From an uncultured cyanobacterium (GTDB taxonomy: Bacteria; Cyanobacteriota; Cyanobacteriia; Cyanobacteriales; CAWUOF01): DNA of 64,000 bases. The stretch covers positions 6,848,001-6,912,000 of the forward strand of contig CAVUSO010000001.1 in the NCBI GenBank assembly GCA_963744145.1. Direction: 5' to 3'. Below are positions 1-10,463 of this stretch, piece after piece. Every line of letters starts with the position of its first letter. Position 1 is the first letter of the stretch. Below the pieces are notes generated by a model. The model saw nothing but the letters and a program-made list of their open reading frames with translations, did no database searches and was not told where the DNA came from. The translations under genes and the position numbers were made by a program.

Positions 1-396
1 ATGTATTGTGGTAATTAGATAACTGACACTATTCTCATCATTAGGACAAACAAAAACAGATCGGATTAGGCATCGGCTGCTATCAATTTTTTCGTTTAGC
101 TCTGATAAAACTACATCATTCCACTGCTCGCTTTGTACATTAGTCACAACACGCAAAGGAATTTTTTGCGTCCCTTCAGTTTCAAACTGAAGACTATCTA
201 ACTCACCGACAATTCGAGAATTAAGACGTGGATGACGACACTGAATAATGTCTAGAGATTGTCTAATAATTTCTTGCTTGAGATGTCCTTGAATCCGACT
301 GATTGTCACTACATTATAAGCACCAGCACGGCGATTATAAACTTCCATCACCTGCTCAAGTGGAATAAGTTTTCTGTTGTCAGCCATCAATTTCAT
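1..396 (-). CDS. Condensation-domain / alcohol acetyltransferase (PapA5-like) protein, N-terminal part; runs off the window start
   Basis: Not in the ORF track. Manual translation: MKLMADNRKLIPLEQVMEVYNRRAGAYNVVTISRIQGHLKQEIIRQSLDIIQCRHPRLNSRIVG...SYLITTIH. It has an RHPxL motif and ends where an HHxxxDG motif would begin. GAGGAGG RBS upstream; alternative start at 387. Confidence 0.7.
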   Translation of the reverse strand, partial: MKLMADNRKLIPLEQVMEVYNRRAGAYNVVTISRIQGHLKQEIIRQSLDIIQCRHPRLNSRIVGELDSLQFETEGTQKIPLRVVTNVQSEQWNDVVLSELNEKIDSSRCLIRSVFVCPNDENSVSYLITTIH

Positions 397-663
397 TACC
401 TCCTCGCCTGATCCGATAGGTATTCTCTTAGTCCCCATTCATTATAGCTGTATCCGCGTAAGGATTTAGGTTGCAAGGAGTTAATTTAGTAAACTTGCGT
501 ATTGCAACGCCCATACAGCTCTAATGGTCTGGGAAACGTCCCGATTTTTGATCACCTCCAGTGTTTTTCAGGGACTACCCTCTTGTCACCCTCTGAAGAG
601 TTTTATGATAGAGTTGAATGATCGCCATAACCTGAAATCTGGATCAAAATAAGAAGTTTTATC

Positions 664-2003
664 ATGAAATTATCTAATGGACCAAAAACGCCAGCATTTT
701 GGCAGACCCTACAATGGGTTTTTAATCCTCTAGAGTCTATGGATACCTGCTTTCAACGCTATGGTGATATGTTCACCTTTTACGTGGGCAAAAAAACACC
801 CTGCGTATTTCTTGCACACCCCCAGGCTGTTAAGCAGGTTTTTACTGCTGATGTTGATCAGTTTGACAGCGGTTCATCAAACCAGATTGTCAAGCCTTTG
901 ATGGGTGAAAATTCCCTACTGTTAATGGATGGCGCAACTCACCGACGAATGCGCCATCTATTAACACCTCCGTTTCACAGTGAACAGGTACGGACATACG
1001 GGCAACTAATTAGCGATATTGCTGATCAAGTCACGAATCAGTTGCTGATCGGTAAAACATTCTCTGTGCGTGAGGTGATGCAAGAGATTTCTCTGCAGGT
1101 CATAGTGCAAACAATATTTGGTCTGTATGAGGGCGATCGCTATCAAAAGCTTATTTCCCTTCTGTCTTCCATGCTTGAGGGAACGAGTTCTGTCTGGAAG
1201 AGTAGCTTCCTATTCTTTAAAATACTCCAGCAAAATTTAGGATTGTGGGGTCCTGGGGACAATTCCTGCACATAAGGCAGCAAATTAGCGAACTACTCTA
1301 TGCTGAGATCCGGGAACGTCGCGAGAATCTAGACCATTCTGGCACAGATGTCCTTACTTTACTAATATTTGTTCGTGATGAAAATGGTCAACCATTGACC
1401 GATGCTGACTTACACGATCAGTTACTGACACTCTTGGTAGCTGGACACGAGACTACAGCCACTTCTTTAGCTTGGGCAATGTACTCGATTCACCAAGTAC
1501 CTGGGGTACTTGATAAATTGCTACAAGAACTAGGTAATCTGCCAGACAATCCAGATCCCACCAGCATTGCTAAATTACCTTATCTCTCAGCCGTTTGTCA
1601 GGAAACTTTGAGAATGTACCCAATTGTTTTTCACACCTTCGGACGGGTTGTTAAATCACCTATAGAGATTATGGGTTTCCTGTTTGAACCAGGTGTTATC
1701 CTAGCTCCTTGTATCTATTTAATTCATCGACGCAAGGATATATATCCGGAACCGGAACAGTTTAAGCCAGAGCGATTTTTAGAACGACAATTTTCACCTT
1801 ATGAGTATTTACCTTTTGGAGGTGGTAGCCGTCGCTGTCTGGGTATAACATTAGCACAATTTGAAATGAAAATTGTGCTGGCTAAGATATTATTGAAATG
1901 GCAATTAGCGCTAGCTGATAGATATATGGTAAAACCAATACGGCGTGGATTAACACTAGGAGTAACTGGTGGTGTTCCTATGGTAGCTATCAGTAAGCGT
2001 TAG
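664..2003 (+). pseudogene. Cytochrome P450 (CYP110-like), split by a 1-nt frameshift near 1252
   Basis: Two overlapping ORFs join into one P450 with AGHETT, ExxR (ETLR), PERF and the heme motif FGGGSRRCLG. Adding one base at TGGGGTCC^TGGGGA restores ...LGLWGPWGQFL... Confidence 0.85.
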
Positions 2004-2081
2004 AATTCAATTCAAACTGTAAATTATCTTACTTGCAATGGTTATTTTGCTCTAAATACTTATCTTTGGCTCTAAAGGTTT

Positions 2082-5000
2082 ATGCTTAATCAAAAAGTGG
2101 GATGCTCCCCTAGCAGCGAGAATGAAATAGAAAGAATAGCAATTATTGGCATTGGTTGTCGTTTTCCAGGCAGTGCCAATAGTCCCGAAAGTTTCTGGAA
2201 ACTACTGCGAAATGGCATAGATGCTATTACTGAAGTGCCAGCGGATCGCTGGGATTTAGACACTTTTTATGATCCAGATCCAGCCAAACCTGGGAAGATA
2301 AAAACGCGATGGGGTGGCTTCATCGAAAAAATTGACGAATTTGATGCCAATTTTTTTGGAATTTCCCCTCGTGAAGCATCTCGCATAGACCCGCAGCAAC
2401 GACTGTTGTTAGAAGTTGCATGGGAGGCGCTAGAAGATGGGGGACAGATGCCTGAACAGCTAACTGGTACAAATACTGGCGTGTTTATTGGTATCTATAC
2501 TCATGATTATGAAGCCATTCAGCTTTCTTCCCAGAATCGAGATTTGATTGACAGCTACACCAATACCGGCTGGCCTACGTGTTTTGCTGCCAACCGCATT
2601 TCCTATTTCTTCGACTTTCGCGGTCCCTCTATTGCTCTCGACACCGCATGTTCCTCATCTCTGGTTGCCGTACATTTGGCTTGCAACAGCATCTGGAATG
2701 GAGAGTCTGCTATGGCTTTGGCAGGTGGTGTAAATATCATCCTTAGACCTGAGCCTAACATTGGTTTGAGCGTCGCGTCAATGCTTGCTCCAGATGGGCG
2801 TTGTAAAACCTTTGATGCTAAGGCTAACGGTTTTGTAAGGAGTGAAGGGGCAGGAATCGTTGTCTTGAAACTATTATCCCAGGCGATCGCAGATGGCGAT
2901 CCGATTTATGCCGTGATTCGAGGCAGTGCCGTTAATCAAGACGGACGCACTAATGGTATGACAGTTCCCAGTCGGGAAGCCCAAGAAGCAATGCTCTGGG
3001 AAGTCTATCAGCGAGCTGGGATATCACCTGGACAAGTGCAGTACATTGAAACTCATGGCACAGGAACTCCCGTCGGAGATCCAATTGAAGCGAATGCACT
3101 GGGCAATGTACTGGTAACTGATCGTGCTCCAAATAATTATTGTCATATTGGCTCAGTAAAAACTAACATTGGACATTTAGAAACAGCATCAGGTATTGCT
3201 GGATTAATCAAGGTGGCACTGTCGCTGAAACATCAGGAAATTCCACCTAATTTGAATTTTTTAGAACCCAATCCCCAAATTAATTTTGAAAAATTACAGT
3301 TGCAAGTGCAACAAAAGTTAGAAACTTGGACTAATAATGAGCATTGTCCACGTATAGCCGGAGTAAATTCATTCGGGTTGGGAGGTACTAATGCTCATAC
3401 TGTTTTAGAAGAAGCCCCGCAGGTTAGCCCGCCTGTCCAAAATCGCCAAAATGTGAGTGCCAGTTTGTTAACGCTGTCTGCTCATAGTCCCGAAGCCCTT
3501 CAGACAGTGGTGCATAAATACCTTGAATTATTAGCTGGAACTGCTGGCAATGAAGTTTCGCTTCAGAATATTTGCTATACAGCCAGTTTGCGCCGAGGAC
3601 ATCACGATCACCGTTTGGTGCTTGTAGCTCATTCTCAGAAACAGTTAATTAAACAACTGGAAGCATTTCTGGTGGGTGTAAACCTACCGGGTATGTCTGC
3701 TGGTCGCAAAATTTTTAATAAACAGACGAAACTTGCCTTTGTTTTCTCTGGTATGGGTCAACAGTGGTGGGCAATGGGACGGCAACTGTGGCAAGAAGAA
3801 CCTGTATTTCAGGCAGTTATAAAACAGTGTGATGCGTTGTTGTTACAAGCCGCGAACTGGTCTTTAGTGGAAGAATTGACCGCATCAGAAGAGACTTCGC
3901 GTATTAATGAAACCGAAATAGCGCAACCGATTATCTTTGCGGTACAAGTCGCTCTAGCTGCCTTGTATCGTTCCTGGGGCATTTGTCCTGACGTTATTGT
4001 CGGTCATAGCGTTGGTGAAGTAGCAGCTGCTCATGTGGCTGGAGTTTTGAGCATTGAAGATGCTATCCAGGTGATTTTCCACCGCAGTCGCGTACAAGCA
4101 AAAATTGCTGGAACAGGAAAGATGTTAGCCGTTGGTTTGTCGTCAGAGGAGGCTGAACGCAAGTTAACAGGATACGAAGATCGCGTTTCCATAGCAGCTA
4201 TCAACAGCTCCAGATCCGTTACTATTTCTGGAGATAGCACGGCCTTAGAAGAAATTGCCAAATCCTTAGAAGCGCAACAGATTTTCAATCAATTTCTACG
4301 AGTCGAATTACCTTATCACAGCCCATTTATAGAGCCTTTAAAGCCAGATTTAGTGGAGTCGCTGCAACTCATTAATCCTCAAAAAGCTACTATTCTCCTG
4401 TTTTCCACTGTCACCGGCCAACAAGTTGAAGGTTCGGAACTGGATGCCACCTACTGGGGACAAAATATGAGGAATCCTGTTTTGTTTGCAGCAGCAATCG
4501 ATAAACTTGTGCGAGCAGGTTATGATCTCTTCTTGGAAATCAGCGCTCGTCCAGTTCTAGCCAGTTCAGTATCTGAGTCTTTTTCATCGCAAAACATACA
4601 AGGGACAGTAGTTCCTTCCTTACGGCAGGGCGAACCAGGACGAGCCACGATGCTGGAGGTGATGGGCAAACTTTACACCTTGGGATACTCCATGGACTGG
4701 CACGGACTTTATCCTGAAGGTGGTCAATTTGTGCGGCTACCGTCCTATCCTTGGCAGCGAGAGCGGTTTTGGAACGAATCGGAAGCATCTAAGGATTCGC
4801 GGTTAGCAGCCCCAATCCACCCTCTGTTAGGTCGCTCTGTGCCTGGGCTGCATCCTTCTTGGCAGCTAGAAGATCCGCTACGCTTTTCTTATCTTAAAGA
4901 CCACCAAATACAAAGTTTAACGGTTTTTCCAGGTGCCGGATATGTGGAAATGGCATTAGCTGCCACTGCTGCAAATTTTGGCAAAAACGAGGGATGGTTA

Positions 5001-8000
5001 CTTAAAGATATCAAAATCCAAAAAATGCTAGTGCTGTCGGACAAGCCGCGATCACTTATGCAAGTGCTTTTAAGCCCTGGTGAGAATGAAGAATGGTTAT
5101 TTGAAATTGCCAGCCGTCCTGAAAGCGAGAAAGATTCTTGGACAGTCCATGCCGTCGGCACACTGAGTCGTGAGAGCAGTCTTCCTGTACTAACATCAAA
5201 TTTGAGTGAAGCTCAAAAACAATGTCTAACAAGTGGATCGGTACAAGACCTCTACCGCAATTTCCTAATCATCGGGTTAGAATATGGTAAGTACTTTCAA
5301 GGGATTCAACAATTCTGGCTAGGTGATGAAGAAGCACTAGCTCAGATTGAAGTAAAACTAGATGTCAAAGATTATTGGCTTCACCCTGCCATCCTGGATG
5401 CCTGTTTCCAAACCTTGTTGCTCGCAGTACCAGGAGGACTAACCTCTACCTACCTACCAGTTAGCATAAAACAAGTAAAAATCTACGGTCAGGTAAAAAG
5501 CCCCTGCTTTGCTCATGCTATTTTGACCCAGAATGAGCAAAAAACGATTGAAGGCAATATCTTGGTGTTTGATGCCGTTGGCAACATTTTTGTGGAAATT
5601 CAAGGACTTTGCGGTCAATCTCTGGGAGAAGAAAAGAAAACACAATCCAGCAATATTGATGATTATTTCTACGAGGAATACTGGCAGGAGAAGCAATCGC
5701 CTTTTCCAAATACAAATATCATAGCAGGCCATATCCTTGCTCAAATATCGCGCTGGCAGTCAGAATTAAATTCAATCCAACAAGTTGAGGAATTTTCCTT
5801 AGAAATAGACAAACTTTGCGCTGCTTATGTGCGGAAAGCTTTTGCCAAACTAGGCTTTCAATCTTCGTTTGCAGAGGAGATAGATGTTCCCTCTCTCATG
5901 CAACAACTGAAGATTGCGCCACAACATCATCGTTTTGTGAATCGTCTATGGTCGATTGCGAAAAATACAGATTCTCTCGCCCCTGGTACTTATCCCCAGA
6001 GTCTATTTGAAAAGATTTGGAACAGCCTGCCTTTCTACCATTTGGAACTTACTATCCTCAAGCGAATTGGAGAATATCCGCTAGCGGATATTCTCCAAAA
6101 CCCAAGTTTAGCACTGCAAATTCTCTTTCAAGACGATATATTAAAAACTTGGTATGAAGTTGCGATTACTAATCGACCTCACTTACAAATGATTGCGGAA
6201 GCTTTATCTCAAGCACTAAAAAATATTTCCACCAAACGAGTCATCCGTATCTTAGAAGTAGGAGCAGGAACAGGTGCGCTCACTTCATATCTACTACCAC
6301 TACTGACTGGATATCAAGTTGAATATGTATTTACTGACATATCAGCTTCATTCTTCGTTAAAGCTAAGGAGCGATTCCGTGAGTTTTCATTTGTTAAATA
6401 TAAAACTCTCGACTTAGAAAAAGATGCTATTTCGCAAGGATATCAAAAGCATTACTTTGATATCATATTTGCCTATGATGCGCTACACACTACCAAGGAT
6501 TTGTCTGAGACATTACAACATTTACAATCCTTGCTAGTTCCTGGTGGGTGGTTAGCTGCCCTCGAGGTAACTGATTGTCCGATTTGGGTCGATATCGTAT
6601 TTGGATGTCTCGAAGGATGGTGGAGATTTGTGGATACCGATCTCCGACCGTCTCATGCAACTTTATCTCGCAAAGCATGGGAAAACCTCTTGCAAACAGT
6701 CGGATTTGTAAATATCTCAACGATTGCTAACAAACCAGAAGGTGAATCTGTTCATTCTATTCTTTTGGCACAAAAACTAGAGATAATTCCTGTTTATAAC
6801 CTAGAAAAAGATAATTCGTGGGTCATCTTTACGGATTCTCAAGGTTTAGGTAATGAGCTAGAAAATATTTTACACCAAGCCGAGCAGAAAATATTTGTTG
6901 TTTCTCGTGGAGAAAAGTTTCAAAAAAGCGATGAAACTCATTTAATACTCAGTAGCGATCACGTTAGTGATATGCAAACACTGCTAAAGGAGCTGCCTGA
7001 AGTAAGAAATATCGTTCATTTGTGGAGCTTGGACGATCCAGAATCATCTCTGATGAGTGTTGTCAACCTTGTAAAAGCCCTAATTGAGACTAATTTGTCT
7101 GAAAAAACGCATATTTGGCTAGTGACGAAGGGGGCGCAAATGGAGTGTACATTTCCAGAACAATCGCCGTTAGTGGGACTGGGAAGGACAATCGTGAACG
7201 AATGCCCAGAACTTAAGTTCACTATGGTGGATCTCGAGTCAGAAAATTCTGCTCGTACACTCTTTGATGCAATGGGGTTTGACAACAGTGAACCAGAAAT
7301 GGCATTTCGTCAGGGAGTTTGTTATGTTCCTCGACTCATTCCCACAAAGAAGGAAGAGCTTTCCCGGTCTGTTTCCTTGGATGCTCAGGAAGCATTTCGT
7401 CTAGAGATGCAAGAGCCTGGGCTAATAGATCGGTTGACATTTTGTGCTACAAAGCGAAAAAAACCGGCTTCCGGACAAGTAGAGGTTAAGGTCTTCGCTT
7501 CTGGTGTGAGCTTTAATGATGTCGTGTTCGCTCTAGGTATGCATCCAGACCCAGCTTTTCACCAGTCTTCTTCTGACATTGTCTATTCTCTTGGTAAAGA
7601 ATGTGCAGGAAAGGTTGTTGCAGTGGGTGAAGGAGTAAATGAATTTGCCGTTGGAGATGATGTAATTGCAATGGGCAGTTACTGCTTTGGCTCCTTTGTG
7701 ACCACAAGCATCGATCTGGTAATTCACAAACCAGCTCACCTAACGTATGAGGAAGCAGCGAGTATTCCAGGAATCTTTCTTACTGTTTACTACGCTTTCC
7801 ATCATTTGGCAAGGATATTACCAGGAGAGCGAGTTCTAATTCACTCTGCCGCTGGAGGTGTTGGTCAGGCAGCGATTCAGTTGGCCCAAATGATGGGAGC
7901 CGAGATTTTTGCCACGGTGGGAACATCCGAAAAACGGGCTTTTTTGCGTTACCAAGGTGTCAAACACATCATGGACTCACACACTTTATCTTGGGCTGAA

Positions 8001-10205
8001 GAGATTATGAAAATTACCAGCGGGAAAGGTGTTGATGTTGTACTCAATTCTTTGGCAGGAGAAGCCATTTCTAAAGGAATTTCGGTTCTGTCTCATTCCG
8101 GTCGTTTTTTAGAAATTGGGATTCGGGATATTTTTAACAATAGCCAAATTGGTCTTTTGCCTTTTCAGCGAAATTTATCTTTCTTCGCGATCGATCTGTA
8201 TCGCATAGCGAAAGTTCGCACGCCATTCATCAAGTCTATGTTACGAGATGTAATAGCACTATTTGAAAGCAAGCAATTAAAACCTGTTCCTATTAATCCA
8301 TTTCCGCTTTCAGATGCAGTAAACGCTTTCCGCTTTATGACACGGGGCAAGCACATCGGAAAAATTGTGCTTAATTTTCAATCGCCCCAGGAAGTTTTAT
8401 TAAATCCATCGTCTGAATTGTTCTTATCGGATGCCACTTACCTAATCACAGGAGGGTTGGGCGGTTTCGGGTTAGCATTAGTGGAATGGATGGTAGAGAA
8501 AGGAGCGCGGTATTTTGTTTTAGTAGGAAGAAGTGGTATTTGTAATAAACAAGTACATCGCACCATTCAAGGAGTAGAAAACAAAGGAGCCAAGGTTGTC
8601 GTAGCACAGGGAGATGTCAGCCAACAGCATCAGTTAGCCAGCATATTAAACAATATTGCTCAACAAAATATGCCCCCATTGCGAGGCATTTTTCATCTAG
8701 CTATGGTTCTGGACGATGATTTTATAGTCCGGTTGAATTCGGAACGCTTCCAGCAGGTTATGGCTCCAAAAGCAACTGGAGCTTGGAATTTGCACAAGCT
8801 TACTGAACAAATGCCACTGGACTTTTTTGTTCTCTTCTCCTCGTTGTCTGCATTGGCTGGTAATCCACAGCAGGCTAACTATGTAGCTGCTAGTGTCTTT
8901 CTCGATGCTCTTGCTCACCATCGTCGTCTGCAAGGGCTTGCAGGTATTTCCATCAATTGGGGAGTTTTAGCTGAAGTAGGGGCTGTTGCACGTTCCTCAA
9001 GACGTGCCAGAGTCCAAGCTGAGAAAGGATGGCTATCCTTTTCGCCACAACAAGCATTTGCGGGGCTGGAATATATCTTACGTCAGAATCCAGTCCAACA
9101 ATGTTTTATGAATATTGACTGGCAGGCTATTACTAATATTTGGGGTAAACGGGAACGATTTTCTCATTTATGTCAGGAGTTTACGGTCGAAGTTGGGGCT
9201 GCGACTGCGATCGCTAATGAGAATCAAGAAAGTTTGGAGGTACGACTTGGCAAACAGGTTGCGGTGCTTTTAGGAACTTTGGCATCCAAAATTGACATTC
9301 ACACACCACTCAACCGTCTGGGACTTGATTCTTTAATGACCTTTGAACTGAAAACATGGTTAGAAAAAAATGCTGGAATCAACGTGTCTCAACTTTACCT
9401 AATGGAAGGAGCAACTGTAGCATTACTTGCGGAAAAAATAACCCCGGATGCGTCTGAAAAGAAAGGCTGGATTGTACGTTTCCGTCCCAATCACCAGGCA
9501 CGTCTTCGCCTATTTTGCTTCCCCTATGGAGCTGGTGTTGCGTCAATTTTTGAATCTTGGCCCGATTATTTGCCGCCTGATGTAGAAGTGTGTGGAATTC
9601 AGCTTCCTGGGCGAGAAACTCTCAACGGGATACCACTTATTTCTGATATGGATCATCTTTTGCAAAGATGGTTGCCAGAGTTACTGCCACTTCTTGATGT
9701 CCCCTTCGTATTTTATGGTCATAGCCTGGGTGGATTGCTTAGTTTTGAAATGGCTCGTTGTCTTCGCAAACAGCATCAACTTAGTCCAGTTCATTTATTT
9801 GTAGGTGGAACCCCTTCACCACAAGTCTTTCCCTCTGCTTTGAAAAAAATCTTTGGGCATGAAAAATTACTAATTGAATCTATGCCTGACGAACAATGGA
9901 TGCAGATCCTTGTCAAGTCAAAAATTTTGAACAAACCCACTCTATCAATGGCATCAATCGCTCGTGCTGATATTCTGCTGGTCAGGAATGCTTATGAGCA
10001 AGAAGCGCCATTCGATTTTCCGATTACTGCATTTATTGGAGAAAAAGATGAAGTGCTCACGAATAATCAGGTAATTTTAGCTTGGGGGGAACAAACTACA
10101 AAGAGATTTTCATTGCAAACTGTTCCAGGAAATCACTTGTTTATAGACACTAATAAGGAATTGTTTTTGCCAATTTTATCAGCCGCATTAACCGATGTCT
10201 CATAA
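2082..10205 (+). CDS. Single-module type I polyketide synthase KS-AT-DH-cMT-ER-KR-ACP-TE
   Basis: KS DTACSSS/HGTGT/GHLE; AT GHSVG; DH HPLLG..DHQIQSLTVFP and LDACFQ; MT LEVGAGTG; ER LIHSAAGGVG; KR ITGGLGGFG/LDD; ACP LGLDSL; TE GHSLG. Confidence 0.95.
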   Translation: MLNQKVGCSPSSENEIERIAIIGIGCRFPGSANSPESFWKLLRNGIDAITEVPADRWDLDTFYDPDPAKPGKIKTRWGGFIEKIDEFDANFFGISPREASRIDPQQRLLLEVAWEALEDGGQMPEQLTGTNTGVFIGIYTHDYEAIQLSSQNRDLIDSYTNTGWPTCFAANRISYFFDFRGPSIALDTACSSSLVAVHLACNSIWNGESAMALAGGVNIILRPEPNIGLSVASMLAPDGRCKTFDAKANGFVRSEGAGIVVLKLLSQAIADGDPIYAVIRGSAVNQDGRTNGMTVPSREAQEAMLWEVYQRAGISPGQVQYIETHGTGTPVGDPIEANALGNVLVTDRAPNNYCHIGSVKTNIGHLETASGIAGLIKVALSLKHQEIPPNLNFLEPNPQINFEKLQLQVQQKLETWTNNEHCPRIAGVNSFGLGGTNAHTVLEEAPQVSPPVQNRQNVSASLLTLSAHSPEALQTVVHKYLELLAGTAGNEVSLQNICYTASLRRGHHDHRLVLVAHSQKQLIKQLEAFLVGVNLPGMSAGRKIFNKQTKLAFVFSGMGQQWWAMGRQLWQEEPVFQAVIKQCDALLLQAANWSLVEELTASEETSRINETEIAQPIIFAVQVALAALYRSWGICPDVIVGHSVGEVAAAHVAGVLSIEDAIQVIFHRSRVQAKIAGTGKMLAVGLSSEEAERKLTGYEDRVSIAAINSSRSVTISGDSTALEEIAKSLEAQQIFNQFLRVELPYHSPFIEPLKPDLVESLQLINPQKATILLFSTVTGQQVEGSELDATYWGQNMRNPVLFAAAIDKLVRAGYDLFLEISARPVLASSVSESFSSQNIQGTVVPSLRQGEPGRATMLEVMGKLYTLGYSMDWHGLYPEGGQFVRLPSYPWQRERFWNESEASKDSRLAAPIHPLLGRSVPGLHPSWQLEDPLRFSYLKDHQIQSLTVFPGAGYVEMALAATAANFGKNEGWLLKDIKIQKMLVLSDKPRSLMQVLLSPGENEEWLFEIASRPESEKDSWTVHAVGTLSRESSLPVLTSNLSEAQKQCLTSGSVQDLYRNFLIIGLEYGKYFQGIQQFWLGDEEALAQIEVKLDVKDYWLHPAILDACFQTLLLAVPGGLTSTYLPVSIKQVKIYGQVKSPCFAHAILTQNEQKTIEGNILVFDAVGNIFVEIQGLCGQSLGEEKKTQSSNIDDYFYEEYWQEKQSPFPNTNIIAGHILAQISRWQSELNSIQQVEEFSLEIDKLCAAYVRKAFAKLGFQSSFAEEIDVPSLMQQLKIAPQHHRFVNRLWSIAKNTDSLAPGTYPQSLFEKIWNSLPFYHLELTILKRIGEYPLADILQNPSLALQILFQDDILKTWYEVAITNRPHLQMIAEALSQALKNISTKRVIRILEVGAGTGALTSYLLPLLTGYQVEYVFTDISASFFVKAKERFREFSFVKYKTLDLEKDAISQGYQKHYFDIIFAYDALHTTKDLSETLQHLQSLLVPGGWLAALEVTDCPIWVDIVFGCLEGWWRFVDTDLRPSHATLSRKAWENLLQTVGFVNISTIANKPEGESVHSILLAQKLEIIPVYNLEKDNSWVIFTDSQGLGNELENILHQAEQKIFVVSRGEKFQKSDETHLILSSDHVSDMQTLLKELPEVRNIVHLWSLDDPESSLMSVVNLVKALIETNLSEKTHIWLVTKGAQMECTFPEQSPLVGLGRTIVNECPELKFTMVDLESENSARTLFDAMGFDNSEPEMAFRQGVCYVPRLIPTKKEELSRSVSLDAQEAFRLEMQEPGLIDRLTFCATKRKKPASGQVEVKVFASGVSFNDVVFALGMHPDPAFHQSSSDIVYSLGKECAGKVVAVGEGVNEFAVGDDVIAMGSYCFGSFVTTSIDLVIHKPAHLTYEEAASIPGIFLTVYYAFHHLARILPGERVLIHSAAGGVGQAAIQLAQMMGAEIFATVGTSEKRAFLRYQGVKHIMDSHTLSWAEEIMKITSGKGVDVVLNSLAGEAISKGISVLSHSGRFLEIGIRDIFNNSQIGLLPFQRNLSFFAIDLYRIAKVRTPFIKSMLRDVIALFESKQLKPVPINPFPLSDAVNAFRFMTRGKHIGKIVLNFQSPQEVLLNPSSELFLSDATYLITGGLGGFGLALVEWMVEKGARYFVLVGRSGICNKQVHRTIQGVENKGAKVVVAQGDVSQQHQLASILNNIAQQNMPPLRGIFHLAMVLDDDFIVRLNSERFQQVMAPKATGAWNLHKLTEQMPLDFFVLFSSLSALAGNPQQANYVAASVFLDALAHHRRLQGLAGISINWGVLAEVGAVARSSRRARVQAEKGWLSFSPQQAFAGLEYILRQNPVQQCFMNIDWQAITNIWGKRERFSHLCQEFTVEVGAATAIANENQESLEVRLGKQVAVLLGTLASKIDIHTPLNRLGLDSLMTFELKTWLEKNAGINVSQLYLMEGATVALLAEKITPDASEKKGWIVRFRPNHQARLRLFCFPYGAGVASIFESWPDYLPPDVEVCGIQLPGRETLNGIPLISDMDHLLQRWLPELLPLLDVPFVFYGHSLGGLLSFEMARCLRKQHQLSPVHLFVGGTPSPQVFPSALKKIFGHEKLLIESMPDEQWMQILVKSKILNKPTLSMASIARADILLVRNAYEQEAPFDFPITAFIGEKDEVLTNNQVILAWGEQTTKRFSLQTVPGNHLFIDTNKELFLPILSAALTDVS

Positions 10206-10463
10206 ATTGAGAAACTGCTATTGATACTGACTCTGAAACTTTCTGGAGCATTTAAATCGTCTGAGACAAGCTGTTTTCTTGGCAATAAATTAAGTTTATT
10301 GCCAAGAAAAACAAGGGCCGTTTTCTTGAGGATAAAATTATGATACCTAGATGGGTATTAAAGATGGAAAATTTAACTCTAACTCTTCGTCTAAATCTCC
10401 GTCTATGAGGGAGCGAGGCGTAGCTAAAATAATCGTAAATTGCTAATAATAAATCGTAAAAAG

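Noticed and set aside
2548..9804. Small alternative-frame ORFs inside the PKS
   Set aside because: Fully nested in a well-supported 8-kb CDS, with no motifs.
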